A DNA stretch of 64,000 bases, taken from positions 768,001-832,000 of the forward strand of contig OY970399.1 in NCBI GenBank assembly GCA_963720545.1. The letters are read 5' to 3'. Position numbers and translations under genes: made by a program. Source of the DNA: an uncultured Acidobacteriota bacterium (GTDB lineage: Bacteria; Acidobacteriota; Vicinamibacteria; Fen-336). The notes under the pieces are model-generated. The model searched no databases. It had not been told where the DNA came from and saw only the letters and a list, made by a program, of their open reading frames with translations. This document shows, piece by piece, positions 54,284-64,000 of this stretch (positions within the stretch are counted from its first letter, which is position 1; every line of letters begins with the position of its first letter).

Positions 54284-54360
54284 GCGGTGTTCAAAGAGGA
54301 TACCCGGTCGCGAGCGGGCTTTTTAAGGAACCGCGGGCGTTTGGTATTCGTCGTAACGGC

Positions 54361-56859
54361 ATGCTCAACGACCTGAAGTTCGGCGCGCGGATGCTCCTGC
54401 GGCGTCCCGCGTTCACGGCGGTTGCGGTCTTGTCCCTGGCTCTTGGGATCGGCCTCAGCACCACGATGTTCAGCGTCGTCAACGCCGTGATGTTCGCCCC
54501 AACCGCGGCGCACGAACCCGAGCGTCTGGTCGAGATCTACACGAGCCCGCACGCGGAGGTGCCCTACCTCGCCACCTCCTGGCCCGACTACCTCGACATC
54601 GCCGCGCAGACGAACGCCTTCTCCGGGACCGCCGCATACGCGATGGTGCGCGGCCTCTACCGCGGCGGCGCCGAGCGCGCGCAGATCGTCCGCGGCGAAG
54701 TGGTGAGCGACACCTACTTCGACGTCCTCGGCGTCCGCCCGGTGCTCGGACGCGGCTTCACTCCCGAGGAGAACCGCACCGAGCTGACCCACCCCGTGGT
54801 GGTGTTGAGCAACGGCTTCTGGAAGCGACGGCTCGGCAGCGATCCCGCGGTCGTCGGCAGACTCATCGAACTGAGCGGCGTGAAGTACACGGTTGTCGGC
54901 GTGGCGCCCGCCTCCTTCAAGGGCATGATTCCCGGCTACCTGCCCGAGTTCTGGGCGCCTTTGATGATGATAGAAAAACTGTCGTTCAACGGCATCCAGG
55001 CGCAGGCTTCGGCGGCGCCGGGCGTGACGCGGCTGCAGCAGCGCGGCACGCGCTGGCTGCTCGTCGCCGCGCGGCTCGCCGCCGGCCGCACCATCGAGGA
55101 AGCGCGCGCGCAGGTCAAGACGGTCGGCGCCCGGCTGGTCGCCGACCATCCCGAGGAAAACAAGAACCTGACGGTGGCGGTGCTGCCGGCGGCGGCAGTG
55201 CGCTTTCATCCGATGATCGACGGTTACCTGCCGCCGGTGGCCGCGGTGCTGATGGGAGCGGTGGGCCTGGTGCTGCTCATCGCCTGCGCGAACGTGGCGA
55301 GCATGCTGCTGGCGCGCGCCACCGGCCGCCGCCGTGAAATGGCGCTGCGGCTTGCGATCGGCGCGCCGCGCGGACGCCTGGTGCGCCAGTTGCTGGCGGA
55401 GAGCGCCTGCCTCGCGGTGCTCTCGGGCGCGTGCGGATTGGCGCTCGCCTTTGCCGGCGGCCGGCTGCTCTCGAACCTGGACCTGCCGCTGCCCCTGACG
55501 ATGACCTTCGACTTCGGCCTCGACGTGCGCGTGCTGGCGTTCGCGGTGCTCGCTTCGGTCTGCACCGCCTTCCTCTTCGGCCTGGTGCCGGCGCTCCAGA
55601 CCTCGAAGCCGGCGCTGGTGCCGGCGCTGCGCGCCGACGGCGGCGGCACCGTCGGCGCCGGGCTCGCTCGCGGCCCTTTCGGGCTGCGCTTCTCGCTGCG
55701 CCATGCGCTCGTCACCGGGCAGCTGGCACTGTCGCTGGTGCTGCTGGTCGCGGGCGCGCTCCTGATCCGCGCGCTCACCGCGGCCGACGGACTGAAACCG
55801 GGTTTCGATGCCGACCGCATCGCCGTGTTTTCCTGGAACCTGGGAATGAACGGCTACGACGTCGCGCAGGCGCGCACCTTCCAGGACCGGGTGGCGGCGC
55901 GGCTGCGCGAAACGCCCGGCGTCGAGACGGTGGCGCTCGTGAGCCGGCCGCCGCTCGCCGCGGACCAGAACATGGAAGCGATCCGGCTGCCGGGCCAGCA
56001 GGGCCCCGCGGACGAGCCGATCCTGGTGGACGCGGCCGCCGTCGACAGCGGCTACTTCGCGGCGCTCGACGTTCCAATCCTCGAGGGACGCGCGTTCACC
56101 GATGCCGACACCGAGGGCGCTCCTGATGTCGTGATCGTGAATGAGACCGCGGCGAAGCGCTTCTGGCCGGGCCGCAGTGCGCTCGGCGAGCGCATCTACA
56201 CCGACGGTTTCGACAAGCCTTCGCACGAAGTGGTGGGTGTGGTGCGCGACTACAACGTTCGCGAGCTGGGCGAGAAGGGGCGGCCCTACCTGCACACACC
56301 TTGGCGCCAGCAGAAGAGCCGCTTGACGACAGTGATGGTGCGGACCGCCGGACCTGCCGTCGCGAACCTCGGCTCCCTGCGCAGCGCCATCCTCGCCATG
56401 GAGCCGGCGATAGCGTTCACCGACGAGGGCACCGAGGCCGACATCCTCAAGCTGACCCTCGGCCCGACCCGGGTGGCCGCCGTGATGCTGGGAGCATTCG
56501 GCGCGCTCGCGCTGCTGCTCGCCGCCATCGGCCTCTACGGCGTCGTCGCCTACACGGTGGAACAGCGCACTCGCGAGCTTGGCCTGCGGCTCGCCCTCGG
56601 CGCGAGCGTCCGCGACGTCATCCGCCTCGTGCTCGGTCAGGGCATGCGGCTTGCCTTGACCGGCATCGTGCTCGGCGCGGCCGGTGCCGCAGCTCTCGCG
56701 CGCATTCTCGGCTCGCTCCTCTACGGCGTCAGCGCGATCGATCCGCTGGCCTACATCGGTGCCGCGCTGCTGCTGGTGGCGGTGGCCCTGCTCGCCCACT
56801 GGGCCCCGGCCCGCCGCGCCACCCGCGTCAACCCGATGACGGCGTTGCGCAGCGAATAG
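54361..56859 (+). CDS. ADOP-type duplicated MacB/FtsX ABC permease
   Basis: MLNDLKFGARMLLRRPAFT, LIACANVA, RTRELGLRLALGA and PARRATRVNP. Confidence 0.92.
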   Translation: MLNDLKFGARMLLRRPAFTAVAVLSLALGIGLSTTMFSVVNAVMFAPTAAHEPERLVEIYTSPHAEVPYLATSWPDYLDIAAQTNAFSGTAAYAMVRGLYRGGAERAQIVRGEVVSDTYFDVLGVRPVLGRGFTPEENRTELTHPVVVLSNGFWKRRLGSDPAVVGRLIELSGVKYTVVGVAPASFKGMIPGYLPEFWAPLMMIEKLSFNGIQAQASAAPGVTRLQQRGTRWLLVAARLAAGRTIEEARAQVKTVGARLVADHPEENKNLTVAVLPAAAVRFHPMIDGYLPPVAAVLMGAVGLVLLIACANVASMLLARATGRRREMALRLAIGAPRGRLVRQLLAESACLAVLSGACGLALAFAGGRLLSNLDLPLPLTMTFDFGLDVRVLAFAVLASVCTAFLFGLVPALQTSKPALVPALRADGGGTVGAGLARGPFGLRFSLRHALVTGQLALSLVLLVAGALLIRALTAADGLKPGFDADRIAVFSWNLGMNGYDVAQARTFQDRVAARLRETPGVETVALVSRPPLAADQNMEAIRLPGQQGPADEPILVDAAAVDSGYFAALDVPILEGRAFTDADTEGAPDVVIVNETAAKRFWPGRSALGERIYTDGFDKPSHEVVGVVRDYNVRELGEKGRPYLHTPWRQQKSRLTTVMVRTAGPAVANLGSLRSAILAMEPAIAFTDEGTEADILKLTLGPTRVAAVMLGAFGALALLLAAIGLYGVVAYTVEQRTRELGLRLALGASVRDVIRLVLGQGMRLALTGIVLGAAGAAALARILGSLLYGVSAIDPLAYIGAALLLVAVALLAHWAPARRATRVNPMTALRSE

Positions 56860-56861
56860 TC

Positions 56862-56942
56862 ATCGACGGATTGGCTGTCGTTCCCGTCCAATCCGTCGAT
56901 TTCCGTTCGTCCGTTCTTCTCGTTCCCCGAGCGCTTTGCGTC
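56862..56942. repeat. Composite repeat copy B
   Basis: Arms identical to copy A (ATCGACGGATTGG-N13-CCAATCCGTCGAT, 56862-56900), the same TTCCGTT tail, then GTTCCCCGAGCGCTTTGCGTC (56922-56942). Confidence 0.88.
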
Positions 56943-57177
56943 CGCATCCGTTCCGATCTGCTGCTACTGCGCCCGGACGCAGTTGCGTGGATCCCTCGGT
57001 CGCAGCGCAAGCGTTGAGCTCCTCGGGAAAACGACCGGGCCGTGCCCTTGTCCTAGACTGGCAGCAAGGATGAACCGCGCGAGGTCCGCTGCGCATCGTC
57101 GCTCCGGCTGACAAGCGGCCCGCGCGCTGGATCCGGATACTCGCGAAGATCGAAGTGTTCCGCCTGCCGCCAGCGCG

Positions 57178-57702
57178 CTAGCGACGCCGGCGCACCAGCT
57201 GCTTGCGGATTGCGCGCAACGCCCCATCCGGACCCTGCCAGCCCAGAATGCGCAGCGCCTTGTCCTCGAAGGCGACGGCGTGCAGGAAGAAGAGCTCGAG
57301 CTCGCTGCGGATGCGCGGTGAAAGCGACAGCACCGATTCGATTCCTGCCTGGCGCGGTGCCGCCACCGGCGCAACGAAGAAGCGGTCGTTGCGTACGATG
57401 CGCCGGGTGCGGGCGTTGCGCTGCTCGACGTTCAGCGCGCCGAGCACCCGGCAGCCGAGAACCATGCCCGGATAGCTGCTGCCGTCCCAGTAAACCATCG
57501 CGTCGAGCGGATCGCCGTCCTCGCCGAGTGTGCCGGGGACGATGCCCCAGTCGTAAGGGTAGACGAGCCCCAGCGGCAGCGGCCGCGACAGCTCGATTCG
57601 GCCGGCTTCGTCGCCGAGCTTGAGCTTCAAGCCGGAGCCGCGCGGTGACTCGACGACGACGTTGAGGAAGCCGTCCTTACGGAAGGCGCCGAGCCCGGCC
57701 AC
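57178..57702 (-). CDS. Family I inorganic pyrophosphatase-like protein (divergent)
   Basis: VVESPRGS, YPYDWG.VPGT.GEDGDPLD and NDR; GTG start just after the CHAD stop. Confidence 0.85.
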   Translation of the reverse strand: MAGLGAFRKDGFLNVVVESPRGSGLKLKLGDEAGRIELSRPLPLGLVYPYDWGIVPGTLGEDGDPLDAMVYWDGSSYPGMVLGCRVLGALNVEQRNARTRRIVRNDRFFVAPVAAPRQAGIESVLSLSPRIRSELELFFLHAVAFEDKALRILGWQGPDGALRAIRKQLVRRRR

Positions 57703-57704
57703 GG

Positions 57705-58577
57705 CTATGCCTTCGACCAGGTGTCGAGCATCGCGCGCAGCCGTTTCGGGCGCGGTGCGAACAGCTGCCGCCCGCTGCGCAGCGCCTGGGTGCGCAGCGT
57801 GCTCTGCCGCTTCTCGATGCAGCCGATCACGATGGCGGTAGAGCGAGCGTCGCCATAGCGCTCCGGGTTCGCGGCGAGCTGTGCGCCGAGGACGGCGAGG
57901 TTGTGCTCGTCGCCGAGGTAGGTCTCGAGCTTCCTGAGCGAGCGGCTGCGAGCGCGGGCGCTCGAGTGCCGCGATGCAAACAGGCGCACGTGATACCAGT
58001 GCTCCTTCACGCGGCGGCGCCACGCATGAAACTCGGTCGAGGCGGAGTCCAGAGTCAGCGTGCCGAGGATGGCCTGCGCGCGTTCGTAGCTGCGCTCGAA
58101 TCCTGAGCGCACGGCCGAGCGGCTGGCCGCCGAAGCCACGCGCCCGGGCAGAGTCTTGCGCGAGCGCTTCAAGCCGAGGCGCGTCCTCTGCGCCAGAGCG
58201 GCCATGCTCTTGCGGCTCTCGCGCCGCTGCCTCTTCAGTTCCGCCGCCACGCCGCGCACGACCGCCGGCGTGAGCACCGCCGAATAGTGGGCGCGCAGGG
58301 TGGCGAGCGTCTGAATCATCGCATCCGCATCACGCACCGGCGCCAACGCATGGCTCAGCGTGCGCAGCCGCTTGTTCTCACCGGCAAACCGGCGGCCGAG
58401 GGGCCGCTGCAGGAGTTTCGCGACCGCCCTGACCTTCTTGATGTTCTTGCGCGCCTTGTGGATGCTGCTCTTGCCGACCGACGGACCTTCGAAGAGCTTC
58501 ATCGAGGCTCCGAGCTCTTCACGCACCAGCTTTTCGAGCCCGCGGCCGACGTCGCCCCGTTTCAACCGGAATGTCAT
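57705..58577 (-). CDS. CHAD domain protein
   Basis: IHKARKNIKKVRA, L..VRDAD, FHAWRRRVK and LGDEHNL; very basic and helical. Confidence 0.88.
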   Translation of the reverse strand: MTFRLKRGDVGRGLEKLVREELGASMKLFEGPSVGKSSIHKARKNIKKVRAVAKLLQRPLGRRFAGENKRLRTLSHALAPVRDADAMIQTLATLRAHYSAVLTPAVVRGVAAELKRQRRESRKSMAALAQRTRLGLKRSRKTLPGRVASAASRSAVRSGFERSYERAQAILGTLTLDSASTEFHAWRRRVKEHWYHVRLFASRHSSARARSRSLRKLETYLGDEHNLAVLGAQLAANPERYGDARSTAIVIGCIEKRQSTLRTQALRSGRQLFAPRPKRLRAMLDTWSKA

Positions 58578-58588
58578 GGGATCGTGAA

Positions 58589-59716
58589 TTATCCCCCGAA
58601 GAAGAATCCGACAAGGGCGCCGCCGAGGATGAGCCAGCCGCTGTTGACCCGCGACCGCCATAGAACCAGGATGGTGGCCAGAGCCAGGGCGGCGGCCATG
58701 GGACCGCGGAGAGCATCGCGGGCGAACTGCCACGAGACGATTACCATCAGCGCCAGGCTCGCCGCGTTCACGCCGTCGAGGAAGGCGCCCGCGGCGGGCG
58801 ACCGCCGTAATGCGGCGACGAGCGGACCGCTCAGCCATACGAAGACGAAAGCCGGCAGGAAGATCCCGGCGGTGGCGAGCGCGGCGCCGGCATGTCCGCC
58901 CACGAGATAGCCCACGAAGGTGGCGGTCGCGAACAGCGGGCCGGGAGTCATCTGCCCCGCGGCGACCGCGTCGAAGAGCTGCGACTCGGCGAGCCAGCGC
59001 AGCTTCACGACGAACTCCTCGCGCAGGAAGGCGACAAGCACATACCCGCTGCCGAAGAGGACCGTGCCGATCTTCAGGAACGCGAAGAACAGCGTCGACA
59101 GCTGAAACGCGGCTGAGGTGCCAGCGACGGCCGATGGAGCGAGTGCCGGCGCGGCCGCAAACCAGGCACCGCGCGATCGCGCCGTCTGCAACGACGCGGC
59201 CATCGCGGCACCGGCAATGACGAGCACAGCGATCTCGTCGATGCCATAGAGAAGCATCGCTAGCGCGGCACACGCCGCCGCGACCAGCGGCGCGTTCTTG
59301 AGCGCACCGGGGCCGAGGCTCCACAAAGCGCGCAGCAGCAGAACCAGGACGACGGGCTTGATGCCCGCGAACACGGCGGCGACCTCGGGCAGCCGTCCGT
59401 ATTGCGTATAGCCCCAGGCGAGAATCCACACCAGGACGACCGCCGGCGCGATAAACGCCACGCCGGCCACGAGCAGCCCGGGCAAGCCCGCACGGCGGTA
59501 GCCCACATGGATCGCCATTTCGGTGGAGTTGGGGCCCGGGATCAGGTTGGTCGCGCTCAGCAGGTCGAAGAACTCTTCCCTGCGGAGCCAGTTCCGGCGC
59601 CGCACGACTTCCTCTTCCATCATCGCGACGTGAACCGCCGGTCCGCCAAACGAGGTGGCGCCCAGTCGCAGGAACAGCCGCGCCAACTCCCCTAGCCGGC
59701 CCGGCTCGTGTATCAC
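58589..59716 (-). CDS. chrA: CHR-family (long-chain, ChrA-like) chromate ion transporter
   Basis: FLRLGATSFGGP, IPGPNSTE, FLKIG..LFGSG and GQMTPGP; two homologous halves. Confidence 0.9.
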   Translation of the reverse strand: MIHEPGRLGELARLFLRLGATSFGGPAVHVAMMEEEVVRRRNWLRREEFFDLLSATNLIPGPNSTEMAIHVGYRRAGLPGLLVAGVAFIAPAVVLVWILAWGYTQYGRLPEVAAVFAGIKPVVLVLLLRALWSLGPGALKNAPLVAAACAALAMLLYGIDEIAVLVIAGAAMAASLQTARSRGAWFAAAPALAPSAVAGTSAAFQLSTLFFAFLKIGTVLFGSGYVLVAFLREEFVVKLRWLAESQLFDAVAAGQMTPGPLFATATFVGYLVGGHAGAALATAGIFLPAFVFVWLSGPLVAALRRSPAAGAFLDGVNAASLALMVIVSWQFARDALRGPMAAALALATILVLWRSRVNSGWLILGGALVGFFFGG

Positions 59717-59812
59717 GGGCGCATAATAGGAGACTCTTCTGCAATACGGCATCCAGGTTGTACAAGTAGCCGCTTCCCACCCCTGATATCCCTGCCGAAA
59801 CAGCCTGGGGAG

Positions 59813-59828
59813 CGGCACGCGCCTTGCA
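59813..59828 (+). promoter_or_regulatory. Sigma54 (-24/-12) promoter
   Basis: CGGCAC-GCGCC-TTGCA, 21 nt before ATG 59850. Confidence 0.6.
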
Positions 59829-59849
59829 CCGGAAAGACGCAGGTTCGTC

Positions 59850-60092
59850 ATGGGAACAGCCCATCTGTATTGCGGCGAGGAAGAGATCGGCACCGTGGAG
59901 CGCTGGTGGAGCGACATCGATGAGGAGCAGCACCTGACGCTCGGGGTCCTGTATCGGGGTCCGGAACTTTGTTCCGGGCCGCATCAACTCGAGCTCAGTT
60001 CCGGGCGCCTGGCCCTGGGCCGAGTGATCTCCCAGCGGCGCCTGGTGGACGGCCGCATTCGCGCTTCCTTCTCCCAGGACACGGCGGCGTAG
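59850..60092 (+). CDS. Small hypothetical protein (80 aa)
   Basis: Fills the gap between the sigma54 motif and the next ORF; protein-like composition. Confidence 0.6.
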   Translation: MGTAHLYCGEEEIGTVERWWSDIDEEQHLTLGVLYRGPELCSGPHQLELSSGRLALGRVISQRRLVDGRIRASFSQDTAA

Positions 60093-60096
60093 GTTC

Positions 60097-60537
60097 ATGA
60101 GCGATACGCCCGCCCCGTCACATGAGCAGCCGAACTTTGTACGTTGGGAAGCCTGCAAGGATTGCGGCGGGCCGGCGCAGCGTTTCCGCAACGACGAGGG
60201 TCCGGATACGGTCGCGTGCATGAAATCCGCAGAGCACACGCGCGAAGCGCCACGCACCGACGCAAAAGAGGAACAGGCGGCACAAGAGCGCTTCGAAGAG
60301 GCCGTTCAAAAATCGGAACAGGCGAAGGAGAAGTTCGCCGCCGCCGAAGAAGAAATCGCCGAGGCGCTGAAGGAAGGCGACAAAGAACGCATCGAGGCGG
60401 CGATGGCCACGAAGGGCGACGCGATCGAGGAACACGTCCTCGCCGTGAAGGAAAAGCAGGAAGCCCGCCTCGACGATCCGCCCACTCCTCCCAAGTTGGA
60501 CCCGCCTGCCGAGCAGTCGGACCCGCCCACCGAATAG
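60097..60537 (+). CDS. Hypothetical protein: putative Zn-ribbon plus acidic coiled coil
   Basis: CKDC-x17-C-x5-H, then an E/K/A-rich helix and a Pro-rich tail. Confidence 0.7.
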   Translation: MSDTPAPSHEQPNFVRWEACKDCGGPAQRFRNDEGPDTVACMKSAEHTREAPRTDAKEEQAAQERFEEAVQKSEQAKEKFAAAEEEIAEALKEGDKERIEAAMATKGDAIEEHVLAVKEKQEARLDDPPTPPKLDPPAEQSDPPTE

Positions 60538-60634
60538 CTCACTTGTGGACGCCGAGACCCCGCCTCGGCCCGTCACTCAGGAATCTGGCGGCTGCGTCCG
60601 CGTCCTGACATAATCCCGCAGGAAAACCAACCAA

Positions 60635-63141
<2,507 letters not shown>

Positions 63142-63166
<25 letters not shown>

Positions 63167-64000
63167 CCTTGTCTGAACTTCGCCGGAACACCACCTGCGA
63201 CTCCGTTGGAGGCCGTGACGGGCTCCTCAACAAGGATGGTCTGATCGACAGCAATATCCTCCACCAGCTGGTGCACGCCGCTTGGCCACACCACGACGAT
63301 GGAAGAAACGTGGTCGGAAGAACCTACGCCGAAATGCAGAGGCGCGCTGTTTTGTGCCAGATGGTGCTCGGGCCCGTCGTGCTCCTGATACTGCACGCCG
63401 CACGGGCACCCGCTGACGGTCACCTTGGCTCCCAGTCCATCGCGATTGCTTTGATGGCCTAGCAAGCGAATGTTGAGCCAATGGTTGCCGTTGCCATTGT
63501 TCTTCAGCAGGACGTACGGTCCCACGCGCGTGCCATTTCCGTTGGTCAGGAAAAGGTCGAGGAGACCGTCGTTGTTGTAGTCCACAAAGGTCGCGTCAAT
63601 ACCCGAGCCTGCCGTTTGCGCCTCGACGCCGGCTTCGCGGGCGACGTCCTCGAACCTGCCGCCGTCGTTTCGATACAAGCGATTGGCTTTTGCCTCATTG
63701 CGTGCGTTGACGACGTAGAGGTCGAGATCGCCGTCGTTGTCGTAGTCTCCCCACACGGCGGCCCGGGCCTCTTCGGCATTGTCGATGCCGCTGCCTTCGG
63801 TCACATCCTCAAAGGTTCCGTTGCCCTGGTTGGCATAGAGCACTCCCCTGCCGCCGTTGTTCATGGTGATATAGAGGTCGAGGTCGCCGTCGTTGTCATA
63901 GTCTCCCCAGGCCGCGCTTGCCGGGAAAGAAAACCGCTTGAGACCGGCGGCCTTGGTCACGTTGCTGAAGTGACCGCCAGCAGAGTTGGCGAACAGCGCC
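63142..64000 (-). CDS. CRTAC1-family FG-GAP repeat / ASPIC-UnbV protein, 5' end beyond window edge
   Basis: Repeated WGDYDNDGDLDLY; C-terminal SNRDGLGAKV...LHFGVG...V.WPSG; frame open to the window edge. Confidence 0.9.

Overview
This is a high-GC, densely coding bacterial chromosomal window, most consistent with Acidobacteriota (Vicinamibacteria-like). That assignment is inferred from two ADOP-type duplicated permeases, three eukaryotic-type Ser/Thr kinases and an FG-GAP/ASPIC-UnbV protein. The core is housekeeping: tRNA-Leu(TAG), tig-clpP-clpX-lon-rho, rpmE-prfA-prmC-murA-mutY-HIT, ileS (one frameshift)-lspA-lgt-rluD-NUDIX, ino1 and metH. I saw no transposase, integrase, phage gene, rRNA or CRISPR array. 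The most unusual items are: (1) a 2101-aa single polypeptide fusing a complete TamB-like protein to a 5-POTRA Omp85 barrel; (2) a composite hairpin-plus-direct-repeat element present twice, 9 kb apart; (3) kinases with unusual C-terminal domains (a pilin-like head; PEGA-TonB with no TM helix); (4) a CHR transporter-CHAD-divergent pyrophosphatase cluster; (5) many -10 hexamers 6-7 nt from start codons, suggesting leaderless genes; (6) two sigma54 promoters; (7) a multiply frameshifted HEAT/TonB gene that may be a sequencing artefact. All family calls come from motif recognition by eye; no searches were run.
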